DNA of 64,000 nt from an uncultured Spirochaetota bacterium (lineage in GTDB: Bacteria; Spirochaetota; Spirochaetia; SZUA-6; Fen-1364), in assembly GCA_963845535.1 (NCBI GenBank), contig CAWJSK010000012.1, forward strand, positions 640,001 through 704,000, in the 5' to 3' direction. Below, piece by piece: positions 12,001-21,638 of the stretch (its first letter is position 1; every line of letters starts with the position of its first letter). The position numbers and the translations under genes are program-made. Under the pieces are notes generated by a model. That model made no database searches and was not told where the DNA came from. It saw nothing but the letters and a program-made list of their open reading frames with translations.

Positions 12001-13704
12001 ATTGAGAGTGCCGAAGATCCGGGCCGCGGAGGTGGTACCGCTGGACCCGATATTGAGGTTGGCACCAGGGTTGAAGGTGGTCCCAGCCGGAATGTAGAGC
12101 GTGGTCCCGTTCACCAGGTTCCCGCTTGCCTGGAGATAGAGATTGGTCGCGCCCGCCGTGCCGTTGTTTGCGGCAATCATGTCTGCAACGGTGGGCGAAC
12201 CGCCGTTGTCGTTTCTGACGATGACACGGTTCTCATAGATATTGAGCCCTGAGAGACTGCCGCCATTTGAGGTAGTGACTGCAGCGCCGTAGGGAGGACC
12301 GGTCTGCAGATAGGCCAGGAGGCGATTACCAGCGGAAAGGTCTGCCGTCGGGACAGCGATGGCGTAAAAACCCGACGAGTTTGTGGTGGTCGTAAAGAGG
12401 TTTGTGCCGGCGGTTGTCCCGCCGTTTACCGAAAGGTTGACAGTGTTGCCCGAGCCGATCGGCGTCAACCCCTCGTCGCTGTAGACTGTGCCGGAGATGA
12501 AAACCTGCGGTGTATTGGTTTCTACGGAAGAAGGGTTGCTCTCGGTCTTGCTTACGGTTGTGTATTCCGCGGCAATCCAGTTCGCCGAGCGCGCGGTATG
12601 AGAGACCCGTGCCTCGCCCATCGTGCCAAAGAATGTGCGGTCGGAAACGGCAAGCGTATCGTTGCCGAGGACCAGGTTCTCGTTGCCTGCGGCCGACCAC
12701 AATGTGGTCCCCGCCAGCGCCACCGTACTGCCCGTCACGGGAGAGCCATCAAGATAGAGGATGAGCTGGCCCGTTGCGGAGCTCCACGTTGCCGCAAAAT
12801 AATGCCAAACCCCGGTCGAGACTACGCCGCTTCCCCCTGTGCCTGGGTTGTCATCTTCGCTTGTTTCGGTTCCCCCGTTGTTCGTGTTCATCACCACGCG
12901 GGTGGTGAAGTTAGGAGCATCAGCGTTCGGATCAAGGATGAGGGAGAAAATCACGTCAGTCGCGGCTGTCCCGTTGGCTTTTGAGTAGAGTCTCTGAATG
13001 TTGCTCCCTTGATCCTGTCCCGTGAGGTTGAACCACGTTCCAAATGTTATAGCGGACCACGAGTCGGTCACTATGTTATTCACGTTTATCAGGTTGCCGC
13101 CGGGGCCGCCGGAAGTCTGTCCGTTGAGGGACTGACCCCCATTATCGACTATCCCCGCCGCAGATCCGGTCCCCTGCTGGGCGCCATTCGTTCCGTTGGC
13201 GGTCGAATCGTAGAAAATGGCGGTGTTCTGGCCGGCGGTGGCCTGCTGGTTGAGATGGAGAACCATTTGAAAGTTGGAATCCCAGACCGCCGTCGGATTC
13301 TGTTGATTGGAGGACCCTGGGTTGCCGTAATACATATAGATTGTAACGGTGCCCGTGGCCGTCAGGGTCGGCACGTTGACCCATGCCTCCAGGTCCTGGC
13401 CGACAGGATCATACTTCTCAATCTCGTGAGCTAGCTGGGTGACGCCGTCGGACGCCGTGAAGAGGATGTCGTAGCCGTTTGTTTTCGCCTGCGAGAACAC
13501 GGCGCTCGCCCCCGCCGGGCTGGCCCCCGTGATTTTCACGAGAACCGGGAAGTTGCTGAGAGACCCGGAAAGGGCAAGACCGAGGTTGATGCTGATCTGC
13601 TGCCGGTACTGCCATGAGCTCGAGTACCAGGATTGTGCGAAAAGGTGAAACGGAACAAGGACAACCCACAGCGCCGCCAGAACGAGGACGGCAAGAATCC
13701 TCAC
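1..13704 (-). CDS. Giant secreted/surface beta-helical repeat protein (signal peptide, DUF2341, LamG/ConA-like domain, then long G/T/S/N/A/V-rich beta-solenoid). It is frameshifted about 11 times in this sequence and runs off the left edge.
   Basis: Likely GTG start at 13704 with AGGA upstream gives MRILAVLVLAALWVVLVPFHLFA|QSWY. DUF2341 motifs are WQYRQQI, FPVLV, DILFT...HEIE, AWVNVP and YMYYGN. The LamG-like region is WHYFAATW...LYLDG...GEARVS...RSANWI. ORFs 9922-13824, 7512-10271, 6728-7453, 5121-6776 (part), 4109-6403, 2031-4145, 1280-2656, 316-1290, 264-632 and 47-313 join into one continuous repeat pattern after single-base corrections. Confidence 0.85.
2600..5760 (-). repeat. Hierarchical intragenic tandem repeat: two ~495-aa units, each holding three 107-aa (321-nt) sub-repeats
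   Basis: The anchor GTTGA(T/C)CGTCGA starts at 3201, 3522, 3843 and at 4688, 5009, 5330 (321-nt period). The offset between blocks is 1487 nt, which equals 1485 plus the two apparent insertions. The flanking 'VDFTNSTVANLTVDNT' segment occurs three times (~2610, ~4095, ~5585). Confidence 0.95.
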
Positions 13705-13987
13705 GCGCTTTCCTGTCACGACGACAGCGTGCTCGGGAACATGCGCCGAGAATGCTAAGTGGCGGGGGCTACAGCGTCGACGAACAGCGTTGACATTCAT
13801 GCAACAAGCGATTCCTTGAACCATTCCGAAGGCCCTTGGAGATCACTTTGATTAATTCTTAGCCGCCGCGGCCGGGGCCCAGCCAACCCCGTACAGGCCT
13901 CGAACTCACACTGCTTTCCATACGGGGCCCCCTGACCAGCGAATGCCGATTCAGAAAAGGAATTTCGAAAACCGAATGCTGGTAGAT

Positions 13988-14016
13988 AGTATATCTTGCT
14001 GCGCAAAAACTTCCAA
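13988..14016 (-). promoter_or_regulatory. Putative sigma70 promoter for the giant surface-protein gene
   Basis: Minus strand TTGGAA (14016-14011), a 17-nt spacer, then TATACT (13993-13988). Confidence 0.5.
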
Positions 14017-14098
14017 GACATGCAGCGATGATCGAGGCTTGAAATCTCTGCGCGTCCCTCCGATAATCCTTCCCAATCGAACGGGATCGGAGGCTTTC

Positions 14099-15004
14099 GT
14101 GAAATCCAGTGGAGAAATCATTGCGCGGGCCGGCGAGCTGGGGATCGCGCTGCCGGCATTCAACATCCCGTTCCCTCCCATGATGCAAGCCGTGGTCCGG
14201 GCCGTCGTGGACGAGGACTCGTTTGCCCTGGTCGAGGTGGCCCGCATCGAATGGCTTACGTTCGGCATCGAAGGCCCTGACCGTTTCATGCGGGAGTACC
14301 GCAGCTGCGCGGACCCCGGGCACGTTCGCACCCACCTGGACCACATCCCCGTGGTGGATGAAGAAGGCCGGACCGTGGACTACCGGCCGTTCTTCGAGAA
14401 GGCCATCGCTTTGGGATTCGATTCCGTTATGATAGACGGATCGCACCTTCCGCTCGAGCAGAACATCGCTGCCACAAAGGAGATTGCCTCACTCGCTCAT
14501 TCCGCCTTCGTTCCCTGCGAGGCGGAGCTCGGCGCAATCCTGCGCTTCGGGTCCGGGCGTGTCCCGCCGTATGAAGAGCTGTTCGCTTCCGGGGCCGGCT
14601 TCACGAAAGTGGATGAGGCGGTGCGCTTCGTGCGGGAAACGGGCTGCGACTGGCTTTCTGTGTCCATCGGCAACATCCACGGGGCGGTCGTGGCAGCGCT
14701 CCGCGACAAGCCCAAGGGAGAGTCGCGCTTGAACCTCGAGCACCTGGAGACGCTCCACGAGGCAACGGGGGTTCCCATCGTCCTGCATGGCGGCTCGGGC
14801 GTCCGGCATGAGGACGTTCTTGCCGGCATGAAGCGCGGCATCGCGAAGGTCAATGTGGGTTTCGAGATCCGCAAAGCATACGAGGACGCGCTGAAATCCA
14901 CCTCAAGCGTGGAGGCGGGACGGGACGCGGTTTACGCGCGCACCCGGTCGCTGCTCAGGGATTATTTCAGAATCTCCGGCATCGCCCGGACAATTCTTTC
15001 ATGA
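14099..15004 (+). CDS. Class II (Zn) fructose/tagatose-bisphosphate aldolase family protein
   Basis: Motifs HLDH, MIDGS, EAELG, IGNIHG, VLHGGSG and KVN. GTG start at 14099 with GGAGG upstream. Confidence 0.9.
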   Translation: MKSSGEIIARAGELGIALPAFNIPFPPMMQAVVRAVVDEDSFALVEVARIEWLTFGIEGPDRFMREYRSCADPGHVRTHLDHIPVVDEEGRTVDYRPFFEKAIALGFDSVMIDGSHLPLEQNIAATKEIASLAHSAFVPCEAELGAILRFGSGRVPPYEELFASGAGFTKVDEAVRFVRETGCDWLSVSIGNIHGAVVAALRDKPKGESRLNLEHLETLHEATGVPIVLHGGSGVRHEDVLAGMKRGIAKVNVGFEIRKAYEDALKSTSSVEAGRDAVYARTRSLLRDYFRISGIARTILS

Positions 15005-16509
15005 GCCTTCTCGGCATCGACATAGGAACCACGGGTTGCAAGGCCGCCGCTTTCACCCCGGAGGGCCGGCTCCTCTCTCTTTCCTATGAGGAATACGATG
15101 TAAGGAGCGCAACTGCCGGCCGGGCCGAGCTTGATCCGCATGAAGTATGGTCCAAGGTTCAAGGAGTGATTGCCAAGGCTGCCCGGGAAGCGGCAAAGGA
15201 CCCGGTGCAGGCGCTTGCCGTGTCGTCTCTCGGAGAAGCCGTTGTCCCTGTCAGCAAAAACCGGGAAATCCTCGGGCCCTCCATTCTCAATTTCGACTCT
15301 CGCGGAGCGGAGTATGTCGAAGGCCTGAGAACCAAGCTGGATCCGGAGGAGCTGTACCGCGTCAACGGGAACCCCTTGGAGAACTGGTACACGCTGCCGA
15401 AGCTTCTTTGGATCAAGGACAAGGAGCGGGAGCTGTACGAACGGACGTTCAAGTTCCTCCATTGGGGGGCATTCGTTCCTTTCATGCTCGGCACGGACCC
15501 GGCCATCGACTACTCCCTTGCCAATAGATCTCTCCTCTTCGACATGGACCGCGCATGCTGGTCGCGTGATATCGCCCAAACGGCGGGCATCAACACGGAA
15601 AAGCTCCCCACGCCCGTTCCGTCGGCATCCGCTCTGGGACGGGTCTCCGCAGAGGCATCGCGGCTCACGGGGCTTCCTGAGGGAACACTGATCGCGGCGG
15701 GAGCGCATGACCAGTGCTCCAACGCGGTGGGCTCCGGAGTCGTTTCCGAGCGGGTGGCGATGTGCGGTATGGGCAGCTTCCTCTGCGTCGTTCCGGTGTT
15801 CAGCCGCCGGCCCGAGCCGCGAGCAATGCTCGCGCGCGGCCTCAACACGGAGCACCATGCGGCCCCCGGACGGTACGTTAGCTTCCTGTACACCCGGGGC
15901 GGCTCGCTTGTGAAATGGTACAGGGACACGTTCGCGCGCCGTGAGCGGGACCTGGCGGCGGAGCAAGGGCAGGACATCTACGAGCTTCTCCTTGCTGAAA
16001 TGCCGTCCGGGCCGGGCAGGATAACGGTTCTCCCCCGCTTTGCGCCCATGGGGCCACCGGACTTCGCCTCGGATGCCGGGGGAGTTATTGCCGGGATGAC
16101 CCTGGAGACGACCCGCGGGGAGATCCTTCGCGGCATCATTGAAGGGACGGTGTTCCACGTCAAGGACATGGTGGAGAGCATCGTTTCGGCGGGCGTTGCG
16201 ATCGACGAGTTTCGGGCGGTCGGCGGCGGCAGCAAGTCTGCCGCGTGGGTCGGGATGTGCGCGGACGTCTTCGGACGGCCCGTGGTCCGGTCACGCGTGC
16301 CGGAAGCCGGCTGCCTGGGCGCCGCCATCATGGCGGGGATCGGCTGCGGCAGATTCAGCGGATTTTCCGAGGGTGTCGAAGCCATGGTATCGCTCGGAGA
16401 CCGCGTGGAGCCGGACACCGCGCGCGCAAAGGAATATGAGACGGGCTACCACAAATATCGGGAGCTCTGGCCGCTTCTCAAGGACTACGTGAGGAAAGCG
16501 TATGGATGA
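15001..16509 (+). CDS. FGGY-family carbohydrate kinase (xylulokinase-like)
   Basis: N-terminal LGIDIGTTGCK; GAHDQ; GGGSKS; EAGCLGAAIMAG. ATGA overlap with the aldolase. Confidence 0.92.
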   Translation: MSLLGIDIGTTGCKAAAFTPEGRLLSLSYEEYDVRSATAGRAELDPHEVWSKVQGVIAKAAREAAKDPVQALAVSSLGEAVVPVSKNREILGPSILNFDSRGAEYVEGLRTKLDPEELYRVNGNPLENWYTLPKLLWIKDKERELYERTFKFLHWGAFVPFMLGTDPAIDYSLANRSLLFDMDRACWSRDIAQTAGINTEKLPTPVPSASALGRVSAEASRLTGLPEGTLIAAGAHDQCSNAVGSGVVSERVAMCGMGSFLCVVPVFSRRPEPRAMLARGLNTEHHAAPGRYVSFLYTRGGSLVKWYRDTFARRERDLAAEQGQDIYELLLAEMPSGPGRITVLPRFAPMGPPDFASDAGGVIAGMTLETTRGEILRGIIEGTVFHVKDMVESIVSAGVAIDEFRAVGGGSKSAAWVGMCADVFGRPVVRSRVPEAGCLGAAIMAGIGCGRFSGFSEGVEAMVSLGDRVEPDTARAKEYETGYHKYRELWPLLKDYVRKAYG

Positions 16510-17791
16510 TTCCGGGAAGGGACGGTTGCCGCCGTCGTTTCGCAAGCTGGATGTCGCGGCAAGGCGCGCGGCGCTCAGGAGTGCCTTCCCTTTCCCCGAC
16601 GACGAGTGGGCGGGCACCGCCGCGTCCCCCGAAACGCTGGAGCTTCTGGACGTGATGGTGGAGTCCACTGTCGGGTGCGTTCCGCTTCCGCTGGGGATTG
16701 CGCAGGGATTCCTGATCGATGATAAAGAGGTCCTGATTCCGATGGCCGTGGAAGAGCCTTCCGTCATCACGGCTGCTTCGTTTGCCGCGCGCCTTGTGAG
16801 AGAGGACGGCGGCTTCCGCACGCGGGCATCCGACCCGCTCATGACCGCGCAGGTCTTTCTCGAATCGGTGACTGTTCCCGGGGAGCGGGCGCTCATGGAA
16901 TGCGAGGCGGAGCTGCGCCGCGCGCTGGCCGGTCCCCTGACCTCCCTTTCACGCCGCGGCGGCGGCTACCGGTCATTTCAGGTGGCGCGCCTGCCTTCGG
17001 GCACGGTGCGCGTGGACCTCGTCATCGACGTGCGTGACGCGCTGGGGGCAAACCGCCTGAATACCGCCGCTGAAAGCGTGCGCCCGCTCCTGGAACGGGT
17101 GAGCGGAGGGCGCGCGCTCATGGCCATTCTGTCCAACGCCGCCGCCCAGAGGCTTGCAGGCGCGCGTTTCTCCATCCCCGTCGAGCGCCTGGGGCGCGGT
17201 CTTCCGGCGGGCATGAGCGGCCAGGAGGCTGCGCGAAGGATTGCAGCGGCATCCGTTGTCGCGCAAGAAGACCCGTCGCGCGCCGTCACGCACAACAAGG
17301 GAATCATGAACGGCATTGCAAGCCTTGCTCTTGCGACTCTGAACGACACGCGCGCGGTAGAAGCGGCCGCCCATCTCTGGGCTTGCCGGGACGGCACCTA
17401 CCGCGGTCTCAGCCGCTACTCCACTGACGACGCCACCCTGACCGGGGAAATCGAGCTCCCTTTGCCCTTGGCGAGCGTCGGCGCGTCCGTGGACTTTCAC
17501 CCCGCGGCCCGCGCAAGCTTGCGGATCCTCGGCAGCCCGGATGCGCAGCGCCTTTCGAGAATCGCGGCCGCACTCGGCCTGGCGCAGAACTTCGCCGCCG
17601 TTCTGGCCCTCGTGACGCACGGAATCCAGAAGGGGCACATGAAGTACCACGCCGCCAGGCTCGCGTTCCTTGCCGGGGCGCGCGGGGCGGAGGTCCGACG
17701 ACTGGCGGATATGCTTTCTTCCGCGGGAAGCGGTGACCTCGCCTCGGCCAGCGCTCTCCTCGAAGGGCTGCGCGCCGAGCGTTCCCCATGA
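16502..17791 (+). CDS. mvaA: Hydroxymethylglutaryl-CoA reductase, class II
   Basis: Motifs PMAVEEPSV, DALGAN, ILSN, THNKGIMNG, GLAQNFAA and GIQKGHM (catalytic His). Confidence 0.95.
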   Translation: MDDSGKGRLPPSFRKLDVAARRAALRSAFPFPDDEWAGTAASPETLELLDVMVESTVGCVPLPLGIAQGFLIDDKEVLIPMAVEEPSVITAASFAARLVREDGGFRTRASDPLMTAQVFLESVTVPGERALMECEAELRRALAGPLTSLSRRGGGYRSFQVARLPSGTVRVDLVIDVRDALGANRLNTAAESVRPLLERVSGGRALMAILSNAAAQRLAGARFSIPVERLGRGLPAGMSGQEAARRIAAASVVAQEDPSRAVTHNKGIMNGIASLALATLNDTRAVEAAAHLWACRDGTYRGLSRYSTDDATLTGEIELPLPLASVGASVDFHPAARASLRILGSPDAQRLSRIAAALGLAQNFAAVLALVTHGIQKGHMKYHAARLAFLAGARGAEVRRLADMLSSAGSGDLASASALLEGLRAERSP

Positions 17792-18756
17792 GCGCATGGG
17801 CTGCATGCAGGGCTTCTCCGAGCCTGGCGCTCCTGAAGTACTGGGGGAAGCTGGACGGTGAGGACAATCTTCCGGCGACACCGAGCCTGGCGGTAACCCT
17901 GGGCGGCCTGTATACGGACACCTGGGTGCGCCCGGCGCCGGAGGACTCCATGCACCTTGACGGCGCCGTCCAAGAGGCTGCTCGATACACGCGGTTTTTC
18001 GACCGCTTGCGCACCGTGGTTGGGGTCACACACGGTTTCGAGGCCCGAAGCCGCAACTCCTTTCCCACCGCTGCCGGCCTGGCAAGCTCCTCGTCCGGCT
18101 TTGCCGCGCTGGCCGGTGCGTGCGTGCGCGCGGCCGCCCGGGAGCTGGCGGCGTCGGAGATTTCAGCGATTGCCCGCGAGGGCTCTGCATCAGCCGCCCG
18201 GTCGATCTTCGGGGGTTTCGTGTTTTTTCCCGCGGGCGCCAGGTCCGCCGCACAGCTGTTTGGTGACGAACACTGGCCCTCGCTGCGGGTCATCGTAGCG
18301 GTCACGCGGCGCGCGGAGAAGCCGCTTTCCTCACGGGAGGCAATGCGGCGTACGGCTTCCACCTCCCCGTTCTACGCGGAGTGGGTCGAGAAATCCCAGG
18401 CGCTTGTTGCGGATGCGCTTGCGGCGCTGGAGAAGCGTGACCTGGAGAAAATCGGGGAGCTGGTGCGCGCGAGCTCCAGCATGATGCACGCCACAATGCT
18501 GGCCGCTCGGCCGCCCATCCTGTACTGGCTCCCCGAGACGCTTGCGGTCATGCATGCATGCAGTGAGCTCAGGAGAGGCGGGACGGGAGCATGGGAGACA
18601 ATCGACGCCGGCCCGCAGGTAAAGATCCTCTGTGAAGCTCAGGATGGGGACAAAGTGATCCGCGCTGTGAAGGAAAGCGCCCCGGAGGTGGAGACACTCA
18701 CGTGCTTCCCCGGGCAAGGGATCAAGCTTGGCGCCGCCGAGGAGCCCGGCGCGTGA
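17788..18756 (+). CDS. mvaD: Diphosphomevalonate decarboxylase
   Basis: Motifs ALLKYWGK, FPTAAGLASSSSG, GSASAARS and TIDAGPQVK. Lies in the MVA operon. Confidence 0.95.
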   Translation: MSAWAACRASPSLALLKYWGKLDGEDNLPATPSLAVTLGGLYTDTWVRPAPEDSMHLDGAVQEAARYTRFFDRLRTVVGVTHGFEARSRNSFPTAAGLASSSSGFAALAGACVRAAARELAASEISAIAREGSASAARSIFGGFVFFPAGARSAAQLFGDEHWPSLRVIVAVTRRAEKPLSSREAMRRTASTSPFYAEWVEKSQALVADALAALEKRDLEKIGELVRASSSMMHATMLAARPPILYWLPETLAVMHACSELRRGGTGAWETIDAGPQVKILCEAQDGDKVIRAVKESAPEVETLTCFPGQGIKLGAAEEPGA

Positions 18757-19719
18757 AGGTCAACGCTCCCGGCAACATCATCTTGCTCGGGGAGTACGCT
18801 GTTCTGGAAGAAGGGGGCCTCGGCGTCGCTTGCGCCGTCGAAAGGCGCGTGCGCTTGGAGGCGCACCCTGCGCCGGACTTTCTCGTGGAAGCAGTCTGGC
18901 CCGGGGGCTCGTCCACGTGGACGCCGGGGGGAGGAACGGTTTCTCCCGTCGTCTCCGCGGCGTATCAGGTCGTCAACGAGTGGAGACGCAGCCAGAAGGC
19001 CGGGGACATCCCCGGCATGCGTGTCCGAATCGATTCGTCGGAGCTTTTCCTGGAGCACGGACGCAAAGCCGGATTCGGCTCCAGTGCGGCCGTTGCGGCG
19101 GCGCTCGTGATTGCACTGTGCGCCGGCCCGGCGCGCGCTCCAGACGGTCCGGACGCTACAGGCGCGCACCTCGCGCTGGCCGCACATCGCCTGGCCCAGG
19201 GGGGCGCCGGCAGCGGCTATGACGTATTTTGTTCCTTTTTCGGCGGCAGGGGGATGTTTCAGGGAGGACGCGTTCCAACCTGGAAGAAGCATCGGCCATC
19301 TCAGAAGCCTTTTGCAGATGCCCGGCTTTACCTGTTCCGTGGTCCGGCCGCGGTATCTACTCGGGGTGCCATCCAATCGTTTCTCCAATGGAAGGATCGA
19401 AACGCGGAACGCGCCCGCCGGTTCGTGGATGAGTCCAACAAGAACGTGAAAGCGTTCCTCGGCGCGGAAAGCACCAGGGAGGCAGGCGAGGCGCTGCGGA
19501 AAGGCCGGGAAACGGCTGTCGCTTTGGGAGATGAGATCGGCGTGGAAGCCCGCATACCGGCGCCGGCTCGGAATTGACCCGGACCTTTGCAAGGCGCTCG
19601 GCGCCGGAAACGAGCTGGGTGCATACATATGGCTTCCCGGCATGCCGGAACCCCCGGAAGGGTCGAGCCTCACGTTTGTCGACGTTTCCTCCCGTGGAGT
19701 CATATGGGATCCTCCTTAG
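18753..19719 (+). CDS. Phosphomevalonate kinase (GHMP family, spirochaete type), apparent +1 insertion near 19565
   Basis: GTG start overlapping the mvaD stop. Motifs APGNIILLGEYAVL, KAGFGSSAA and AQGGAGSGYDV. The C-terminal KALGAGNE motif lies in the next frame (ORF 19531-19719); removing one G restores P-A-P-L-G-I-D. Confidence 0.85.
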
Positions 19720-20681
19720 GAGCGGAAGCAACGGGCAGGGGGTGCGGCAAGTTGATCTTGTTCGGAGAGCACGCCGCCGTGTTCGGTTTTCCAGCTCTCG
19801 GCGTCTCCCTTCCCGAGCAAACCAGGGTCGTCTTTCGCGGCCCCCCGCTGGCGTCCTGGGACCTCGCGGGCGTTCCCGCGGCGGACCAAGAGGTTGTACG
19901 GCGCATTCTGGACAAGGTGTCTGCCGTGCTGCCGGAGCTTCGCGGCTGCGGCGGGAGAGCCGTCAGGATCGAGTCCTCGGTTGTCCGCGGCGTGGGCTTC
20001 GGAAGCTCGGCCGCGCTTTGCGCTGCCACGGCGGCTGCCGCCATAGATCTCATCGGAGGCACGGAGCCAGCGGCCCTTTCGCGCGTATGGGAGGTGGCAC
20101 ACGAGTTGGAGCGCGTATTCCACGGAACCCCCTCGGGAATCGACACAGGCCTTTCCCTTCTGCCGGGCCTGACCGCTTTTTCCCCGAGGCCGCCGGCGCT
20201 TCCGGCCTGGGAGCGCGTCGAAAGCGCGTTGTGGGTCGTTGTCGGCGCCCTGCCCCGGTCGACAAGCACCGGCGCGCTGGTCCGCGGCGTCGGCGAGCGC
20301 ATGCGCTCGGGAGATCCGGCGGTGCGCGGCTCGCTTTCCATGCTGGGGGGGATGGCGGCTCGGGCCAGGGAGCTCCTCAGGGACAAAAGCGCTCGCGATG
20401 AAGAGCCGACGGCATCGGGCATCGGCAGGCTTGCTGACGAAGCCATGCGGGGGCTCGCTGCCCTCGGCTTGAGTAATCCATCTCTCGAGGTGCTGCTGGA
20501 GGAAGGCAGACGGTCGGGCGCGCGGGGGGGAAAGTTGAGTGGAGCCGGCGGAGGCGGCGCGTTCTTCCTGGTTTGCAGTGACGCGCAGGCCGCCGATCGG
20601 ACGGCACAGAGGCTTGTGCAATTTGCGGGCGGCCGCGGCATCAGCTTTGCGGCGACTCCGCGCGTATTGCGGGTGGGTTGA
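19704..20681 (+). CDS. mvk: Mevalonate kinase
   Basis: Motifs GKLILFGEHAAV, GVGFGSSAA, FHGTPSGID and KLSGAGGGG. Confidence 0.93.
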   Translation: MGSSLGAEATGRGCGKLILFGEHAAVFGFPALGVSLPEQTRVVFRGPPLASWDLAGVPAADQEVVRRILDKVSAVLPELRGCGGRAVRIESSVVRGVGFGSSAALCAATAAAAIDLIGGTEPAALSRVWEVAHELERVFHGTPSGIDTGLSLLPGLTAFSPRPPALPAWERVESALWVVVGALPRSTSTGALVRGVGERMRSGDPAVRGSLSMLGGMAARARELLRDKSARDEEPTASGIGRLADEAMRGLAALGLSNPSLEVLLEEGRRSGARGGKLSGAGGGGAFFLVCSDAQAADRTAQRLVQFAGGRGISFAATPRVLRVG

Positions 20682-20717
20682 AAGGGAGCGCACGATGAAA
20701 GGGAGCGCACGATGAAA
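20679..20717 (+). repeat. 17-nt tandem duplication spanning the mvk stop, RBS and next start
   Basis: TGAAAGGGAGCGCACGA x2 followed by TGAAA. Confidence 0.95.
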
Positions 20718-21463
20718 CAAGAAGTTTTGGAATCGGACCGCGTTTCGATGGTGAAGTCTCCGAAGCGCCTGGCAAGAATCGCCGGCGTCCTCTACCTGCT
20801 GGTCGGCATCTTCGGCGGCTTCGCCGAAGGGTATGTTGATCCCCGGATGTACGCTCCCGGGGGCGCGGCGGCAACGGCGGCGAACCTCGCGGCGAATCCC
20901 GGCTTTGTCCGCCTGGGCGTCGTTGCGCATCTGCTGGACGGGACGTTCTTTGTCTTTCTGGCCATGACCCTCTACGTCCTGCTCCAGCACGTGCACAAGA
21001 GCGTGGCGAGGGCAATGCTGATCCTCGTGGCGCTTGCCACCGGTATCATTTGTCTCAATGCGGTTTTCCAGTTCGAGGCTTTGCGGGTCGCTACCGAGGG
21101 TCCTACGCGGCGGCCTTTGGCGCAGCGGGCTCAAACGCTCTCGCGCTGCTGTTGCTCGACACCCAGCATTACGGGACTTTGATCGCGCAGGTCTTTTTCG
21201 GCCTCTGGCTGGTGCCGATTGGGTACCTGGCGTACAAATCGGCAGGGTGGTTTCCGAAATGGCTCGGCGTGGTTCTTGTGATCGGCGGCGTTTGTTACCT
21301 GGTAGACTTGGTGGCCGCGTTCCTGGCACTGGGCTTCGGCCAAAAGATTCACGCTTTCGACGTTATTCCCTCAGCAGTTGCTGAAGTCGTGATTGTCCTG
21401 TACTTGCTCGTGATTGGCGTTAAGACCTCAAAAACGGAGAAGCACGTTCCCGGCGCCACCTGA
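20712..21463 (+). CDS. DUF4386-like membrane protein, apparent 1-nt deletion near 21100
   Basis: N-half (ARIAGVLYLL...NLAANPGFVRLG) is in ORF 20712-21182 and C-half (IAQVFFGLWLVPIGYLAYKS...PKWLG...E..LYLLVIGVK) is in ORF 21050-21463. Confidence 0.75.
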
Positions 21464-21534
21464 TCTTTGTCGCGCGAGCGCCGAGCGCTGCAAGAGTGAG
21501 CGCGCCAAAGTGGGCACTGCCCACCTAGCAAAAC

Positions 21535-21568
21535 CGCAATTTTCGCAACTAAACTTGCAAAAATTGCG
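21535..21568. terminator. AT-rich inverted repeat between convergent genes (possible bidirectional terminator or protein-binding site)
   Basis: CGCAATTTTCGCAA-ctaaac-TTGCAAAAATTGCG, a 14-bp stem with one mismatch. Confidence 0.45.
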
Positions 21569-21638
21569 AATTCGATAGGCTTGTGACTCAGTGTCTCGGC
21601 AAATCGTCGACTCGGTGGCTATGCACTCGCAGTGGCCA

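Noticed and set aside
189..13434. Many plus-strand and alternate-frame ORFs over the giant gene (for example 2610-3890, 3319-4095, 8010-8933)
   Set aside because: They are antisense or frame shadows of a GC-rich repetitive coding sequence (Pro/Val/Thr- or Arg-rich, with no family motifs).
13860..13930. GGAAA...TGTGA...CTGGGC resembling the 5' part of a c-di-GMP-II riboswitch
   Set aside because: The 3' conserved block (AGUAGUGCAACC-like) is absent, and no c-di-GMP-I consensus is seen either.
18753..19719. pmk as a true pseudogene or programmed frameshift
   Set aside because: A single extra G with no slippery run, the same error type as elsewhere in the window, in a probably essential pathway.
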